A DNA stretch of 64,000 bases from Macrostomum hystrix (Eukaryota > Animalia > Platyhelminthes): positions 3,720,001 to 3,784,000 of the forward strand of contig CATNEN010000011.1 of the NCBI GenBank assembly GCA_950097015.1, given 5' to 3'. The notes beneath the pieces were generated by a model. That model saw only the letters and a list, made by a program, of their open reading frames with translations, had not been told where the DNA came from and did not search any database. Positions 1 through 12,324 of the stretch are shown here, piece by piece; position 1 is the stretch's first letter; every line of letters begins with the position of its first letter. The position numbers and the translations under genes were made by a program.

Positions 1-60
1 CTAGGGTTCCGTTTTGAGAAAAAATGCACACACAAAAAATCTAACAAGGGAGAACATCAC

Positions 61-3000
61 TTAGTTCTTTCGCCACATCCGGTAGAACATCCAGTTGACA
101 GTCACGGACCAGTTGCCCGCTTTGGCTTCCTCAAATTTCTTGCGAAAATGTCTCTCAGCTGCCTCCGGACTGGAATTGGACTGCAGACTCTCCTAGACAT
201 TTGATGAGGGATGAGACAGGGAGAGATGATACAGGGGAGAGATGAGATAGGGGAGAGATGAGACAGCGGAGTCATGAGACAAGGGAGAGATGAGACAGGG
301 GAGAGATGAGACAGCGGAGTCATGAGAAAAGGGAGAGATGAGACAGGGGAGAGATGAGATAAGGGAGAGATGAGACAGCGGAGTCATGAGACAAGGGAGA
401 GATGAGATAGGGGAGAGATGAGACAGCGGAGTCATGAGACAAGGGAGAGATGAGACAGGGGAGAGATGAGATAGGGGAGATATGAGATAAGGGAGAGATG
501 AGACAGCGGAGTCATGAGACAAGGGAGAGATGAGACAGGGGAGAGATGAGACAGCGGAGTCATGAGACAAGGGAGAGATGAGACAGGGGAGAGATGAGAT
601 AAGGGAGAGATGAGACAGCGGAGTCATGAGACAAGGGAGAGATGAGATAGGGGAGAGATGAGACAGCGGAGTCATGAGACAAGGGAGAGATGAGACAGGG
701 GAGAGATGAGATAGGGGAGATATGAGATAAGGGAGAGATGAGACAGCGGAGTCATGAGACAAGGGAGAGATGAGACAGGGGAGAGATGAGACAGCGGAGT
801 CATGAGACAAGGGAGAGATGAGACAGGGGAGAGATGAGATAGGGGAGTCATGAGAAAAGGGAGAGATGAGACAGGGGAGAGATGAGATAAGGGAGAGATG
901 AGACAGCGGAGTCATGAGACAAGGGAGAGATGAGATAGGGGAGAGATGAGACAGCGGAGTCATGAGACAAGGGAGAGATGAGACAGGGGAGAGATGAGAT
1001 AGGGGAGATATGAGATAAGGGAGAGATGAGACAGCGGAGTCATGAGACAAGGGAGAGATGAGACAGGGGAGAGATGAGACAGCGGAGTCATGAGACAAGG
1101 GAGAGATGAGACAGGGGAGAGATGAGATAAGGGAGAGATGAGACAGCGGAGTCATGAGACAAGGGAGAGATGAGATAGGGGAGAGATGAGACAGCGGAGT
1201 CATGATACAAGGGAGAGATGAGACAGGGGAGAGATGAGATAGGGGAGATATGAGATAGGGGAGAGATGAGACAGCGGAGTCATGAGACAAGGGAGAGATG
1301 AGACAGCGGAGTCATGAGACAAGGGAGAGATGAGACAGGGGAGAGATGAGATAGGGGAGATATGAGATAGGGGAGAGATGAGACAGCGGAGTCATGAGAC
1401 AAGGGAGAGATGAGACAGCGGAGTCATGAGACAAGGGAGAGATGATACAGGGGAGAAATGAGATAGGGGAGATATGAGATAGGGGAGAGATGACATTAGG
1501 GAGAGATAAGACAGGGGAGAGATGAGATAAGGGAGAGATGAGACGGGGGAGAGATGAGATAAGGGAGAGATGAGACAGGGGAGAGATGAGACAGGGGAGA
1601 GATGAGATAGGGGAGATATGAGATAAGGGAGAGATGAGACAGCGGAGTCATGAGACAAGGGAGAGATGAGACAGGGGAGAGATGAGACAGCGGAGTCATG
1701 AGACAAGGGAGAGATGAGACAGGGGAGAGATGAGATAAGGGAGAGATGAGACAGCGGAGTCATGAGACAAGGGAGAGATGAGATAGGGGAGAGATGAGAC
1801 AGCGGAGTCATGAGACAAGGGAGAGATGAGACAGGGGAGAGATGAGATAGGGGAGATATGAGATAGGGGAGAGATGAGACAGCGGAGTCATGAGACAAGG
1901 GAGAGATGAGACAGCGGAGTCATGAGACAAGGGAGAGATGAGACAGGGGAGAGATGAGATAGGGGAGATATGAGATAGGGGAGAGATGAGACAGCGGAGT
2001 CATGAGACAAGGGAGAGATGAGACAGCGGAGTCATGAGACAAGGGAGATATGAGATAGGGGAGAGATGAGACAGCGGAGTCATGAGACAAGGGAGAGATG
2101 AGACAGCGGAGTCATGAGACAAGGGAGAGATGATACAGGGGAGAAATGAGATAGGGGAGATATGAGATAGGGGAGAGATGACATTAGGGAGAGATAAGAC
2201 AGGGGAGAGATGAGATAAGGGAGAGATGAGACGGGGGAGAGATGAGATAAGGGAGAGATGAGACAGGGGAGAGATGAGACAGGGGAGATATGAGACACGG
2301 GAGAGATGAGACACGGGAGAGATGAGACATGGGAGAGATGAGACAGGCGAGAGATGAGACACGGGAGAGATGAGACATGGGAGAGATGAGATAGGGGAGA
2401 TATGAGATAAGGGAGAGATGAGACAGGGGAGAGATGACATTAGGGAGAGATAAGACAGCGGAGTCATGAGACAAGGGAGAGATGAGATAGGGGTGAGATA
2501 AGGAAGTGGAGTGGAGACATTATGTACTATGTACAGTTGATAAATGGGTAACCAGGGCTACATTTAGTGGCAAGTTCACCCAAAAAGATGCTCACAATGA
2601 GATAATCCAGATCTGTCGTATCCTTGAGCTCGTCCAGTCCTACTTTGAGCATGAGAGCGAACAGGTTCAACAACAATTCACTTCTCTCCCTGATGGCCAT
2701 GTAGGCTCGAACGCACAGCTCCCTGAACTCAGACTCAATATTGTCTCGCTTGGTTAGCCGGCCCAGTTCGCTGAGTGCATCAAGGAATTCCTTGGCTAAG
2801 ACGAACGGCACCCGTTCCCGTCGGATGCCCAGTTTGGATTTGAAATTACCGAGAATGTGGCCGAAGTCGATGTGGAATAGTACGCCGTTCTTTCTCAGCA
2901 TGATGTTGCCGCAGTGCCTGTCGCCGATGCCCAGAATGTAGGTGGCAACCGAATAGCCAACCAGGGACGACATGAAACGTTGCAAAGAGGATACAAGCTC

Positions 3001-6000
3001 GTAATTGGAAGCGTTGTACTTTTTCAGGTAGGCCGACACTCTTGATAGGCTGGGGTCGTCTGTGCTGCGCAGAATCTTCGCCACCGTGTCAGCGTCTTGA
3101 ACGACCTGGGAATGGGATATTCCAATGATAGAATGGGGTGTTTCTAAGTTAGGGATGGAATGGGATATTTCAAAGATATTTCAAAGATAGAATAGGATAT
3201 TTCAAAAAGATTTCAAAGATAGAATGGGATATTTATAAGATAGAATGGGATATTTCAAAGATAGAGGATATTTCTAAGATAGAATGGGGTGTTTCTAAGA
3301 TTGGGATAGAATGGGATATTTCTAAGATAGAATAGGATGTTTCTAGGATTGGGATGGAATGGGATATTTCAAATATAGGGATAGAATGGGATATTTCAAA
3401 TATAGGGATAGAATGGGATATTTCTAAGATATAATGGGATTTTTCGTTGATGGAATGGGATATTATTAATTAAATTAAACGCATTTCTACGCTATAAGCA
3501 AAGCTATGATAAGTGGTTCAAGCCTAGTGGTTAGAGAGTCGGACTCAGGACTTCTAAGGTCAGGGGTTCGATTCCCGGCTCCAATAAGACACTAAACTCT
3601 GCATTGCTTCAGTTCACCCAGCTGTTAAATGGGTTCCAGCATCAGCTGGGGTAACTGAGGGTGGGCGTGGCTTCCTCCAGTCCGTGGACTGAACAGCCGT
3701 ACGCAGCCTTCAGATGCGCCGTGCAATAGCTGCGGCTTGGTGCTGTCGGCTGCACATCTGGCCCAATCGGAGCAGGTGTAATCAGTTGTTTAGTAAAATA
3801 TTGATAGTTTAGATTGAAATGAATATCTGGTAGATAGAATGCGATTTGTTCACATATAATAATCAACGATAGAAGGTCACAAACTCGGATTTCCCACCTC
3901 AATAAACCCTTTCCTCTCTCCGCAGGTGACAACCTCGTACAGGCTGAGGCTGATGTTGATGTCGGACTGATCCCAGATGAAGGTCATCAGTCGCAGGCAG
4001 TGCAGTATGAGCATGTCCTGCCTGAGATCGTCTCCGCATTTGAAGATCAAACTCGTGAGTCCGGTGGCTGAGTCTTCTCGACTCCAAGCTAGCAGCAGCG
4101 GCCTCATCTTTGAGTCCAGTACGCGACACTTCTCCAGGTCCGGCCGGCTGAGCAGTATGTCCGGATGAGCCGGGGACCAGACATTGCTGAGACAGTCCAG
4201 TTGGCTCTGAATGCCGCAGCGAAGCTGGCGCGTGGCGTCATCCAGTTTGCCGCAACTGCGAGCCTTGAAATGATGCGGGCTCGATTGTTTGCTCATGGGC
4301 TACTAAACCTAGCATCAGTGTTTCAGAGTTTACTGAAGGGCTACTAAACCTAGCATCAGGGGTTCAGAGTTTACTGAAGGGCTACTAAACATAGCATCAG
4401 GGTTTCAGAGTTTACTGAAGGGCTACTAAACCTAGCATCAGGGGTTCAGAGTTTACTGAAGGGCTACTAAACCTAGCATCAGGGTTTCAGAGTTTACTGA
4501 AGGGCTACTAAACCTAGCATCAGTGTTTCAGAGTTTACTGAAGGGCTACTAAACCTAGCATCAGGGGTCCAGAGTTTACTGAAGGGCTACTAAACCTAGC
4601 ATCAAGGTTTCAGAGTTTACTGAAGGGCTACTAAACCTAGCATCAGGGTTTCAGAGTTTACTGAAGGGCTACTAAACCTAGCATCAGTGTTTCAGAGTTT
4701 ACTGAAGGGCTACTAAACCTAGCATCAGGGGTCCAGAGTTTACTGAAGGGCTACTAAACCTAGCATCAGGGCTTCAGAGTTTACTGAAGAGCTACTAAAC
4801 CTAGCATCAGGGTTTCAGAGTTTACTGAAGGGCTACTAAACATAGCATCAGGGTTTCAGAGTTTACTGAAGGGCTACTAAACCTAGCATCAGGGGTTCAG
4901 AGTTTACTGAAGGGCTACTAAACCTAGCATCAGGGGTTCAGAGTTTACTGAATGGCTACTAAACCTAGTATCAGTGTTTCAGAGTTTACTGAAGGGCTAC
5001 TAAACCTAGCATCAGGGGTTCAGAGTTTACTGAAGGGCTACTAAACCTAGCATCAGGGGTTCAGAGTTTACTGAAGGGCTACTAAACCTAGCATCAGGGT
5101 TTCAGAGTTTACTGAAGGGCTACTAAACCTAGCATCAGTGTTTCAGAGTTTACTGAAGGGCTACTAAACCTAGCATCAGGGGTCCAGAGTTTACTGAAGG
5201 GCTACTAAACCTAGCATCAAGGTTTCAGAGTTTACTGAAGGGCTACTAAACCTAGCATCAGGGTTTCAGAGTTTACTGAAGGGCTACTAAACCTAGCATC
5301 AGTGTTTCAGAGTTTACTGAAGGGCTACTAAACCTAGCATCAGGGGTCCAGAGTTTACTGAAGGGCTACTAAACCTAGCATCAGGGTTTCAGAGTTTACT
5401 GAAGGGCTACTAAACCTAGCATCAGTGTTTCAGAGTTTACTGAAGGGCTACTAAACCTAGCATCAGGGGTCCAGAGTTTACTGAAGGGCTACTAAACCTA
5501 GCATCAGGGTTTCAGAGTTTACTGAAGAGCTACTAAACCTAGCATCAGGGTTTCAGAGTTTACTGAAGGGCTACTAAACATAGCATCAGGGTTTCAGAGT
5601 TTACTGAAGGGCTTACTAAACCTAGCATCAGGGTTTCAGAGTTTACTGAAGGGCTACTAAACCTAGCATCAGGGGTTCAGAGTTTACTGAAGGGCTACTA
5701 AACCTAGCATCAGTGTTTCAGAGTTTACTGAAGGGCTACTAAACCTAGCATCAGGGGTCCAGAGTTTACTGAAGGGCTACTAAACCTAGCATCAGGGGTT
5801 CAGAGTTTACTGAAGGGCTACTAAACATAGCATCAGGGTTTCAGAGTTTACTGAAGGGCTACTAAACATAGCATCAGGGTTTCAGAGTTTACTGAAGGGC
5901 TTACTAAACCTAGCATCAGGGTTTCAGAGTTTACTGAAGGGCTACTAAACCTAGCATCAGGGGTTCAGAGTTTACTGAAGGGCTACTAAACCTAGCATCA

Positions 6001-9000
6001 GGGGTTCAGAGTTTACTGAAGGGCTACTAAACCTAGCATCAGGGGTTCAGAGTTTACAGAAGGGCTACTTAACCTAGTATCAGTGTTTCATCGCTTGTTG
6101 CAGGGCTTATAAACCTAGTATCAGTGTTTCCACTCGCATTTAACGGCCACTTAACCAAATATAAGGGTTTCAACAGTTGTTTAAGGGGATTTCAGACTAG
6201 CGTCACGTTAAATCGCTTTTTAAAGGGGCTTCTAAACCTAGCAAAAGTTAGCGACTGCTCAAAAGTGAGTTCTTACCAGGTCAGCCAATCCGCTGAGCCG
6301 CATAGCCAAGCCAATCTGGCAGTTCAGATAGTCCAGCAGACTGGAAGGTGAGAACAATAGGAAAGCCTCTAAAAAGATGCCCAATCTATGGGAGTTGCTA
6401 TCGCTAGAGAGCATCTCCGCCTTCATCAGGTAGTAGAGATGGTGACCGATTTGACGATTGCTGAACGCCTTGCGCAACAGGTACCTAAAATATTGGATCG
6501 CAATGATTCGAAGTTAAATATTTTGTACGTTGATTAATTTGAGATGTCGGAAGAATCGAAGACGAATTACGGGATCAGGGAAGAATCTTGACTTGGTTTG
6601 GGATATGGGAAGAATATTGACTTGGTTTGGGATATGGGAAGAATCGTGACTTGGTTTGGGATCTGGGAAGAATCGTGACTTGGTTTGGGATCTGGGAAGA
6701 ATCGTGACTTGGTTTGTGATCAGGGAAGAATCTTGACTTGGTTTGTGATCAGGGAAGAATCTTGACTTGGTTTGGGATCAGGGAAGAATCTTGACTTGGT
6801 TTGGGATCTGGGAAGAATCTTGGCTTGGTTTGAGGATCTGGGAAGAATCTTGACTTGGTTTGGGATCAGGGAAGAATCTTGACTTGGTTTGGGATCTGGG
6901 AAGAATCTTGACTTGGTTTGGGATATGGGAAGAATCTTGGCTTGGTTTGAGGATCTGGGAAGAATCTTGACTTGGTTTGGGATCAGGGAAGAATCTTGAC
7001 TTGGTTTGGGATATGGGAAGAATCTTGGCTTGGTTTGAGGATCTGGGAAGAATCTTGACTTGGATTGGGATCTGGGAAGAATCGTGACTTGGTTTGGGAT
7101 CTGGGAAGAATCGTGACTTGGTTTGGGATCTGGGAAGAATCATGACTTGGTTTGGGATCTGGGAAGAATCGTGGCTTGGTTTGACGATCTAGGAGAGTGT
7201 CAGTTGCTATCTGAGGATCTGGGAGGAATCGTCGATTGATTTGGGGATCTGGGATAATCTTTGACACGTCCATGATTTGGGAGGAATAACAAGCAATAGT
7301 AAGTGATTACCTGGCCAAGGCACTGTCCGGGTAGGCCTCATATTTCAGGCATTCGACCATCTGCATGAGGATCAGGCACAGCATGTCATCCTCGCCTTTA
7401 TTCTTCATATTTATAATTCTGACTCCAATGGATCGCACTGTACTATCCAGGCAGCTGCAGTTGAGCAGTTGAAGGCCAGCTTCAAGGCTGACTTTGGCCA
7501 GCTGCCATTTTGCTAATAGTCGATAAGCTTCATCAACGGATGACGCTGAGCGCCAGGGAATTGCCTGACAGAATTTCACGATTCTCTCAGGATGCAGTCT
7601 GGCAACTCGCCTGCGGCATTTCCAGATGAGCTTCATGTCCTGATCAGCTGTCTCCAGACTGTTCAAAGCATCGGCTAATGTTTTATCGTCAATGGAATCC
7701 TCTGCGATGGAGACGGTCGAAGCCGCGGCGGCGACGGAGTTGCCAACGGGGGCAGCTGAAGCTCGCGCTGGAACAGCCGGCGCCGCGGTTTCGGGTTCGA
7801 GAGCCGCGGCGTCGGCGTCGCCGGCGGCATCAGGCAGCTCCAAGGAGCCCCAGCTGTTGGAGCTGATGCCGTAGGCGCATTCGCTGTCGTCCTCGGAGTC
7901 CAACGGGTGGAGGAGTAAGGACTGGCTGAGGTACACACTGTAGGGAACGAATCTGAAACAGGGGAGATTTAAATAGCACCTGCATTCGACAAAGGATAAC
8001 AATTGATTCGTTAAATAAAAATCTGTCCTGACTTTCTCATCGTCAGGCAGTGGACACTCGAACTGCGCCTTGGAGGTTGGCCCTTAAAGGCGCAAATTGC
8101 ACGAGAAACCTCTAAGCCTTCCCTCCGCGGCTTCGCCCTAAATAAATGTGGCCTCGCCGCGGAATCGAACTCAGGGACCTTGGTGCGAGAGGCAAACGTA
8201 CAGAACTAATTCGATAGATTTGATCGATAAAATCCTTAGCTAATTACTCGGCGCATCTGAAGGTTCAGTCCGTGGACTGGTGGGAAGCCACAGACACCAT
8301 CAATTACCCCAGATAATGCTGTTACCAATTTGACAGCTGGTTTAATTATAGCAATTAACGCCCTAACGACGCCCTAACGACTAGGCTAAAATCCCCGAAA
8401 CTGGGGACAGATGTACAGTAGGTTAGTCCACGGACTGGGCCGGTCACAGCTTTGAAGCTTAAAGGATAAAAATCACGATTCGAACCCCCGAGGCAGTTGC
8501 GGCTAATCTACCTGGACCAGTAGATAGGCGCATTAGGCAGCTCGTTGCCAATGTTGAGCTGCAGCACAGCCGGCGGGTGGCAGTTATTAGACTGCGCGCA
8601 GCCGCTCGGATTGAAGGGCCCGAAGGTCTGGAGCAGCTGTTTGGACGGAGTTCGCTCGACTGGCCACAGACCGAACGAGAAGGTGCCCATTTTCAACCGG
8701 CCGTGAGAATCAAACAGGCACAAGTTGCCCCAGGCAACCGGGGTCAACGAGCGCTGGGTGCGTACCATTATGGCCATAGACAGGCGCGCGGCGCGAGGCA
8801 GATCTCGCCAGGCGATGTCGAATAGCTGGTTGTGACAGTCGACCGCAGCAGCGCTAGCCTGCAACGGAATGCGTGCCATCTGGCACAATGAGCTGTCATT
8901 CAAAGTAGGCGCCATGTTCAAAAAATAGTCCGGCTCATTGTTATCAATATCGGCGGCTGTGGCGGCGGCTGACGCTGCGGCCGCGGTAGCCAGAGCCTCG

Positions 9001-12000
9001 GAATCCGACAGGATCAGCGGGTCCAATTTGAAGCCGTGCAGAGTGACGCTGAATTTTAGAGCTTGGCTGATGCCAACGATGCTGCGGCACTTGGGACTGC
9101 GGCGGCGCGACACGTAGCTGACAACAGGGGATAGTAAAAATAATTATTTTTGAAAGAGTGCTTCGGGCAATGGAACATCGTTCGGTGAAAGTAGACCCGA
9201 AGCTAGCACACAGATCTATCCGCCCGGACATTCTCATCGTCAGGCAGTGTACACTCTCACTGCGCCTTCGAGTAAATTGCACGACAAGCCCCCAAGTCTT
9301 ATCTCCGCGGCTGCGCCATAAATGAATGTGGCCTCGCCGCGGAATCGAGCTCAGGGACGTCGGTGCGAAAGTGGACAAATGACAAATTATAGGATGATAG
9401 GAAAATGATAAATCTTCATTAATTTATGCCTCATTCTAAGAAACCAACCGTCTCAGAACGGCATTCCTTAAAGTCTCGAGCACTCTGTTTGATGCTGTGC
9501 CCGCAACGCTGAGAAGTTCGTGGACCTCGCGGGGTTCAACAATGCGAATCTCTAGGTTAGTCCGGTGATGCACCACGTGTCTCTGCACCACCTTGTAGGC
9601 CCACAGTGGCACATTCTCGTACAGAAATACCATGCGACCGCAGAGCTTGATGAGCTGATGCTCCGAGTCTGTCAGCAACTGACGACTGTCCGGATGTCGG
9701 CGAAGCTGGGCGAGGATGTCTCCTAGAAATGACAGTTTCAGCTGGAGATCCCAACTGACCTTTTTTCTAGGATCTTTCTAGGATCCACCCTATTGATCTT
9801 GCTAGGATCCACCCAACAGATCTATCTAGGATCCACCCAACAGATCTATCTAGGATCCACCCTACTGATCTATCTAGGATCCACCCAACAGATCTATCTA
9901 GGATCCACCCTACTGATCTATCTAGGATCCACCCAACAGATCTATCTAGGATCCACCCAACAGATCTATCTAGGATCCACCCAACAGATCTATCTAGGAT
10001 CCACCCTACTGATCTATCTAGGATCCACCCAACAGATCTATCTAGGATCCACCCTACTGATCTATCTAGGATCCACCCAACAGATCTATCTAGGATCCAC
10101 CCTACTGATCTATCTAGGATCCACCCTACTGATCCACCCAACAGATCTATCTAGGATCCACCCTATTGATCTTGCTAGGATCCACCCAACAGATCTATCT
10201 AGGATCCACCCAACAGATCTATCTAGGATCCACCCAACAGATCTATCTAGGATCCACCCAACAGATCTATCTAGGATCCACCCTACTGATCTATCTAGGA
10301 TCCACCCAACAGATCTATCTAGGATCCACCCTACTGATCTATCTAGGATCCACCCAACAGATCTATCTAGGATCCACCCTACTGATCTATCTAGGATCCA
10401 TCCAACAGATCTATCTAGGATCCACCCTACTGATCTATCTAGGATCCACCCTACTGATCCACCCAACAGATCTATCTAGGATCCACCCAACAGATCTATC
10501 TAGGATCCACCCAACAGATCTATCTAGGATCCACCCTACTGATATATCTAAGATCTACCCTATAGATGTATCTAGGATCTATCCTACTGATCTATTGAGT
10601 GTCTACCCTGCTAATAAATCGACCGCCTACCCTACTGATTTGGCTTCAATCTTCACAACTCATTCATCTGTCCAGTGCCTACCCCGGCATAAACAGCCTA
10701 GATAAGTTACCCGGTCGACTATTTAATTCCACGGCAATGTCAAAAAAGCTTGTCGCGGCGGTCCTGTCCATCTGCGACCTGTTCCTTCCTCGACTATCAG
10801 CTGTCCGTTGCAGGCGTCTAACACTGAGACAGATGTGCGCCGCCTGGCTCACTGCTGACGGGGCAGTTTTAGTCAAAGCCACCGGGAAGTTCATACGAAG
10901 CCAGGCTTCAAACGAATCGCGATTTTTGGCCGCTTCGGGCTGCAGCTCTGAGTCAACGGATCGCCTGACCTCGCTGGCGCAGTGCAGCATCTCAGCTAGC
11001 TCGGCATCGTCTGGAGAAGCTATGCACAATGGCGTCCGATGGCACAGTGCCGCAGTCAGCTGTTCTTCAATCAAGCGGGCTTCAACATCGCTCGGATGGT
11101 CCGTGCTCAGGGACATGGTGATGACGTTTGCCAGCGGATCCGGTGGATCCAGTAGCGTTGCTAAAATAAACATTTTAGATTTTTTTATTAACTACGGAGT
11201 GACAGCTTCTAAATCAATTAAGGTTCATTCAGCAATTAACAGTAGGACTGCCAAGCCTATTTCAATAAATTGTTTGACAGACTAGACTATGGTGTCCTGT
11301 GCTTGAGCCTCGCCTACTTATTAGGTTTGACCTATAGTGGCCTAGTTCCACCTGTTGTAGCCCTTGAAGGTCCAGAAGTCCGTCTAGATAAAGGTACGGA
11401 GATGATGCAGGCACATTCGGCTGATATGCTAATACATTTTGAAGGCTCGGCAAGGCCGCACTGAGGCGCAGTGCTAATTCGTGTGTAGGGGTGTACGAAA
11501 TGCACTAGCGCTTATGGGAGAAATCTGGCCTTCGGCCAGAAACATTGAATATCTCGACGTTTTGAAGAGCTGGCGACTTGATTCTTATTTCAGAAGATGC
11601 GTAACAAAAAGTTGGCCCGTGTTCTTGAGTTTCGTGTGCTTGGGTTGCTCCGTTCGGGCGCAGCACAAAATATTGTCATGGGGAGGAATTTCCCCTCAAT
11701 CTGAATGCATCTGAAAGCAGCATCTGAAGGCTGCGTACGGCTGTTCAGTCCACGGACTGGGGGGACGCCACACCCACCCGCAATTACCCCACCTGATGCT
11801 GGTACCCATTTATCAGATTGGTAAACTAAGTCGGGGGTCGGGAATCGAACTCCCGACCTCCAATTGGTGAGTCCTACGCTTTAACCACTAGGCAACCACT
11901 TAAGTACAATTAAAGAGTGCTACTGACGACCGTGAAGGTCAAAGCCCCCCCCCCACAGTGAGAGTGAGCATAAGACCCTCACTAAAGATAATTTCAACAG

Positions 12001-12324
12001 TTTGAAAAATGTTTTACTATTTTTTGCAGCTGGTCTAAATCGACAAAGACTGCTCAGCAGATAAGATTCCTCAGCCTCGCCAACTCTACGAAAGGCGTAT
12101 TGGTCCAGAAACTCGAAATAATACTCGCGTTTGGGCCGCATCAGGTGAACCAGTTTGAGGTCGCTCAGATTCTTCCAGATTAGCTGTTTCAAATTGAGGA
12201 AAGTGATGTGCAGGGAAGTGTTCAAGTCTAGTAGGTAGGGAAGGTTGTCATCCTGAATTAAAACCGTCAGCGGCTGCGGCTCAGAGTAAAGCTCCGAGTA
12301 GTAGTCTTCCTCCTGCATAGGCAT
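61..12324 (-). CDS. PIK3CA/B/D: Class I phosphoinositide 3-kinase catalytic subunit (p110), ~1176 aa, 9 exons
   Basis: Exons (minus): 12324-~12018 (donor uncertain), 11160-10711, 9722-9449, 9117-8512, 7952-7311, 6484-6277, 4299-3898, 3105-2596, 192-61. Motifs FKCGDDLRQDML, LGIGDRHCGNIM..GVLFHIDFGHILGNFK..RERVPF, AFSNRQIGHHLYYLMKAEM, C2-domain VAWGNLCLFD, C-terminal GNWSVTVNWMF. GT-AG junctions are phase-consistent from exon 2 onward. Confidence 0.95.
200..2500. repeat. 16-bp minisatellite (GAGATGAGACAGGGGA and variants) with ~240-bp higher-order repeat, PI3K last intron
   Basis: Direct 16-bp periodicity; blocks starting at 421 and 661 are identical. Confidence 0.95.
3110..3460. repeat. Degenerate ~21-bp repeat (GATAGAATGGGATATTTCTAA), PI3K intron 7
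   Basis: Recurring GAATGGGATATTT units abutting the acceptor at 3106. Confidence 0.85.
3514..3785 (+). mobile_element. tRNA-derived SINE family A (CORE-like central domain), near full length
   Basis: A-box-like AGCCTAGTGG, B-box GGTTCGATTCC, central AAGACACT..GCATTGCTTCAGTTCACCCAGCTGTTAAATGGGT, and a shared 3' tail; several other copies in the window. Confidence 0.85.
4297..6120. repeat. 41-bp tandem repeat (GGGCTACTAAACCTAGCATCAGGGTTTCAGAGTTTACTGAA), ~44 copies, PI3K intron 6
   Basis: Highly homogeneous units; the last unit overlaps the exon boundary at 4299. Confidence 0.97.
6560..7180. repeat. 29-bp tandem repeat (GGGAAGAATCTTGACTTGGTTTGGGATCT), PI3K intron 5
   Basis: Direct periodicity. 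Confidence 0.95.
8030..8200 (-). mobile_element. tRNA-derived SINE family B copy
   Basis: Minus strand reads GCCTCTCGCACC..GAGTTCGATTCC (B box) then AAGGCGCAGT..GTGTCCACTGCCTGACGATGAGAAAG; homologous to 9230, 41655 and 42765. Confidence 0.75.
8255..8335 (-). mobile_element. SINE family A internal fragment
   Basis: GGCGCATCTGAAGG..TTCAGTCCGTGGACTGG..AATTACCCCAG matches family A in reverse. Confidence 0.7.
9230..9375 (-). mobile_element. tRNA-derived SINE family B copy
   Basis: TTCTCATCGTCAGGCAGTGTACACTCTCACTGCGCCTT..GGCCTCGCCGCGGAATCGAGCTCAGGGAC aligns to the 8030 copy. Confidence 0.75.
9765..10560. repeat. 24-bp tandem repeat (CTAGGATCCACCCAACAGATCTAT), PI3K intron 2
   Basis: Direct periodicity. 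Confidence 0.95.
11360..11695 (+). mobile_element. Solo, diverged arm of the 13.1-14.1 kb foldback element, in PI3K intron 1
   Basis: Colinear similarity to 13740-14078 (GCACATTCGG..GGCAAGGCCGCACTGAGGCGCAGTGCTAATT..CAGAAGATGCG..CCGTTCGGGCGCAGC..ATTGTCA). Confidence 0.85.
11714..11893 (-). mobile_element. SINE family A copy with internal deletion
   Basis: Reverse B box GGGAATCGAACTCCC, ACCACTAGGC head and CATCTGAAGGCTGCGTACGGCTGTTCAGTCCACGGAC body. Confidence 0.8.

Noticed and set aside
4297-6120. CRISPR-like appearance of the 24-41-bp arrays
   Set aside because: Units are contiguous with no unique spacers, there are no cas genes, and the context is eukaryotic.
10599-11285. Plus-strand ORFs overlapping exons (e.g. 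10599-11285, 20204-20482, 41775-42338)
   Set aside because: Antisense shadows of GC-rich coding exons with no recognisable motifs.
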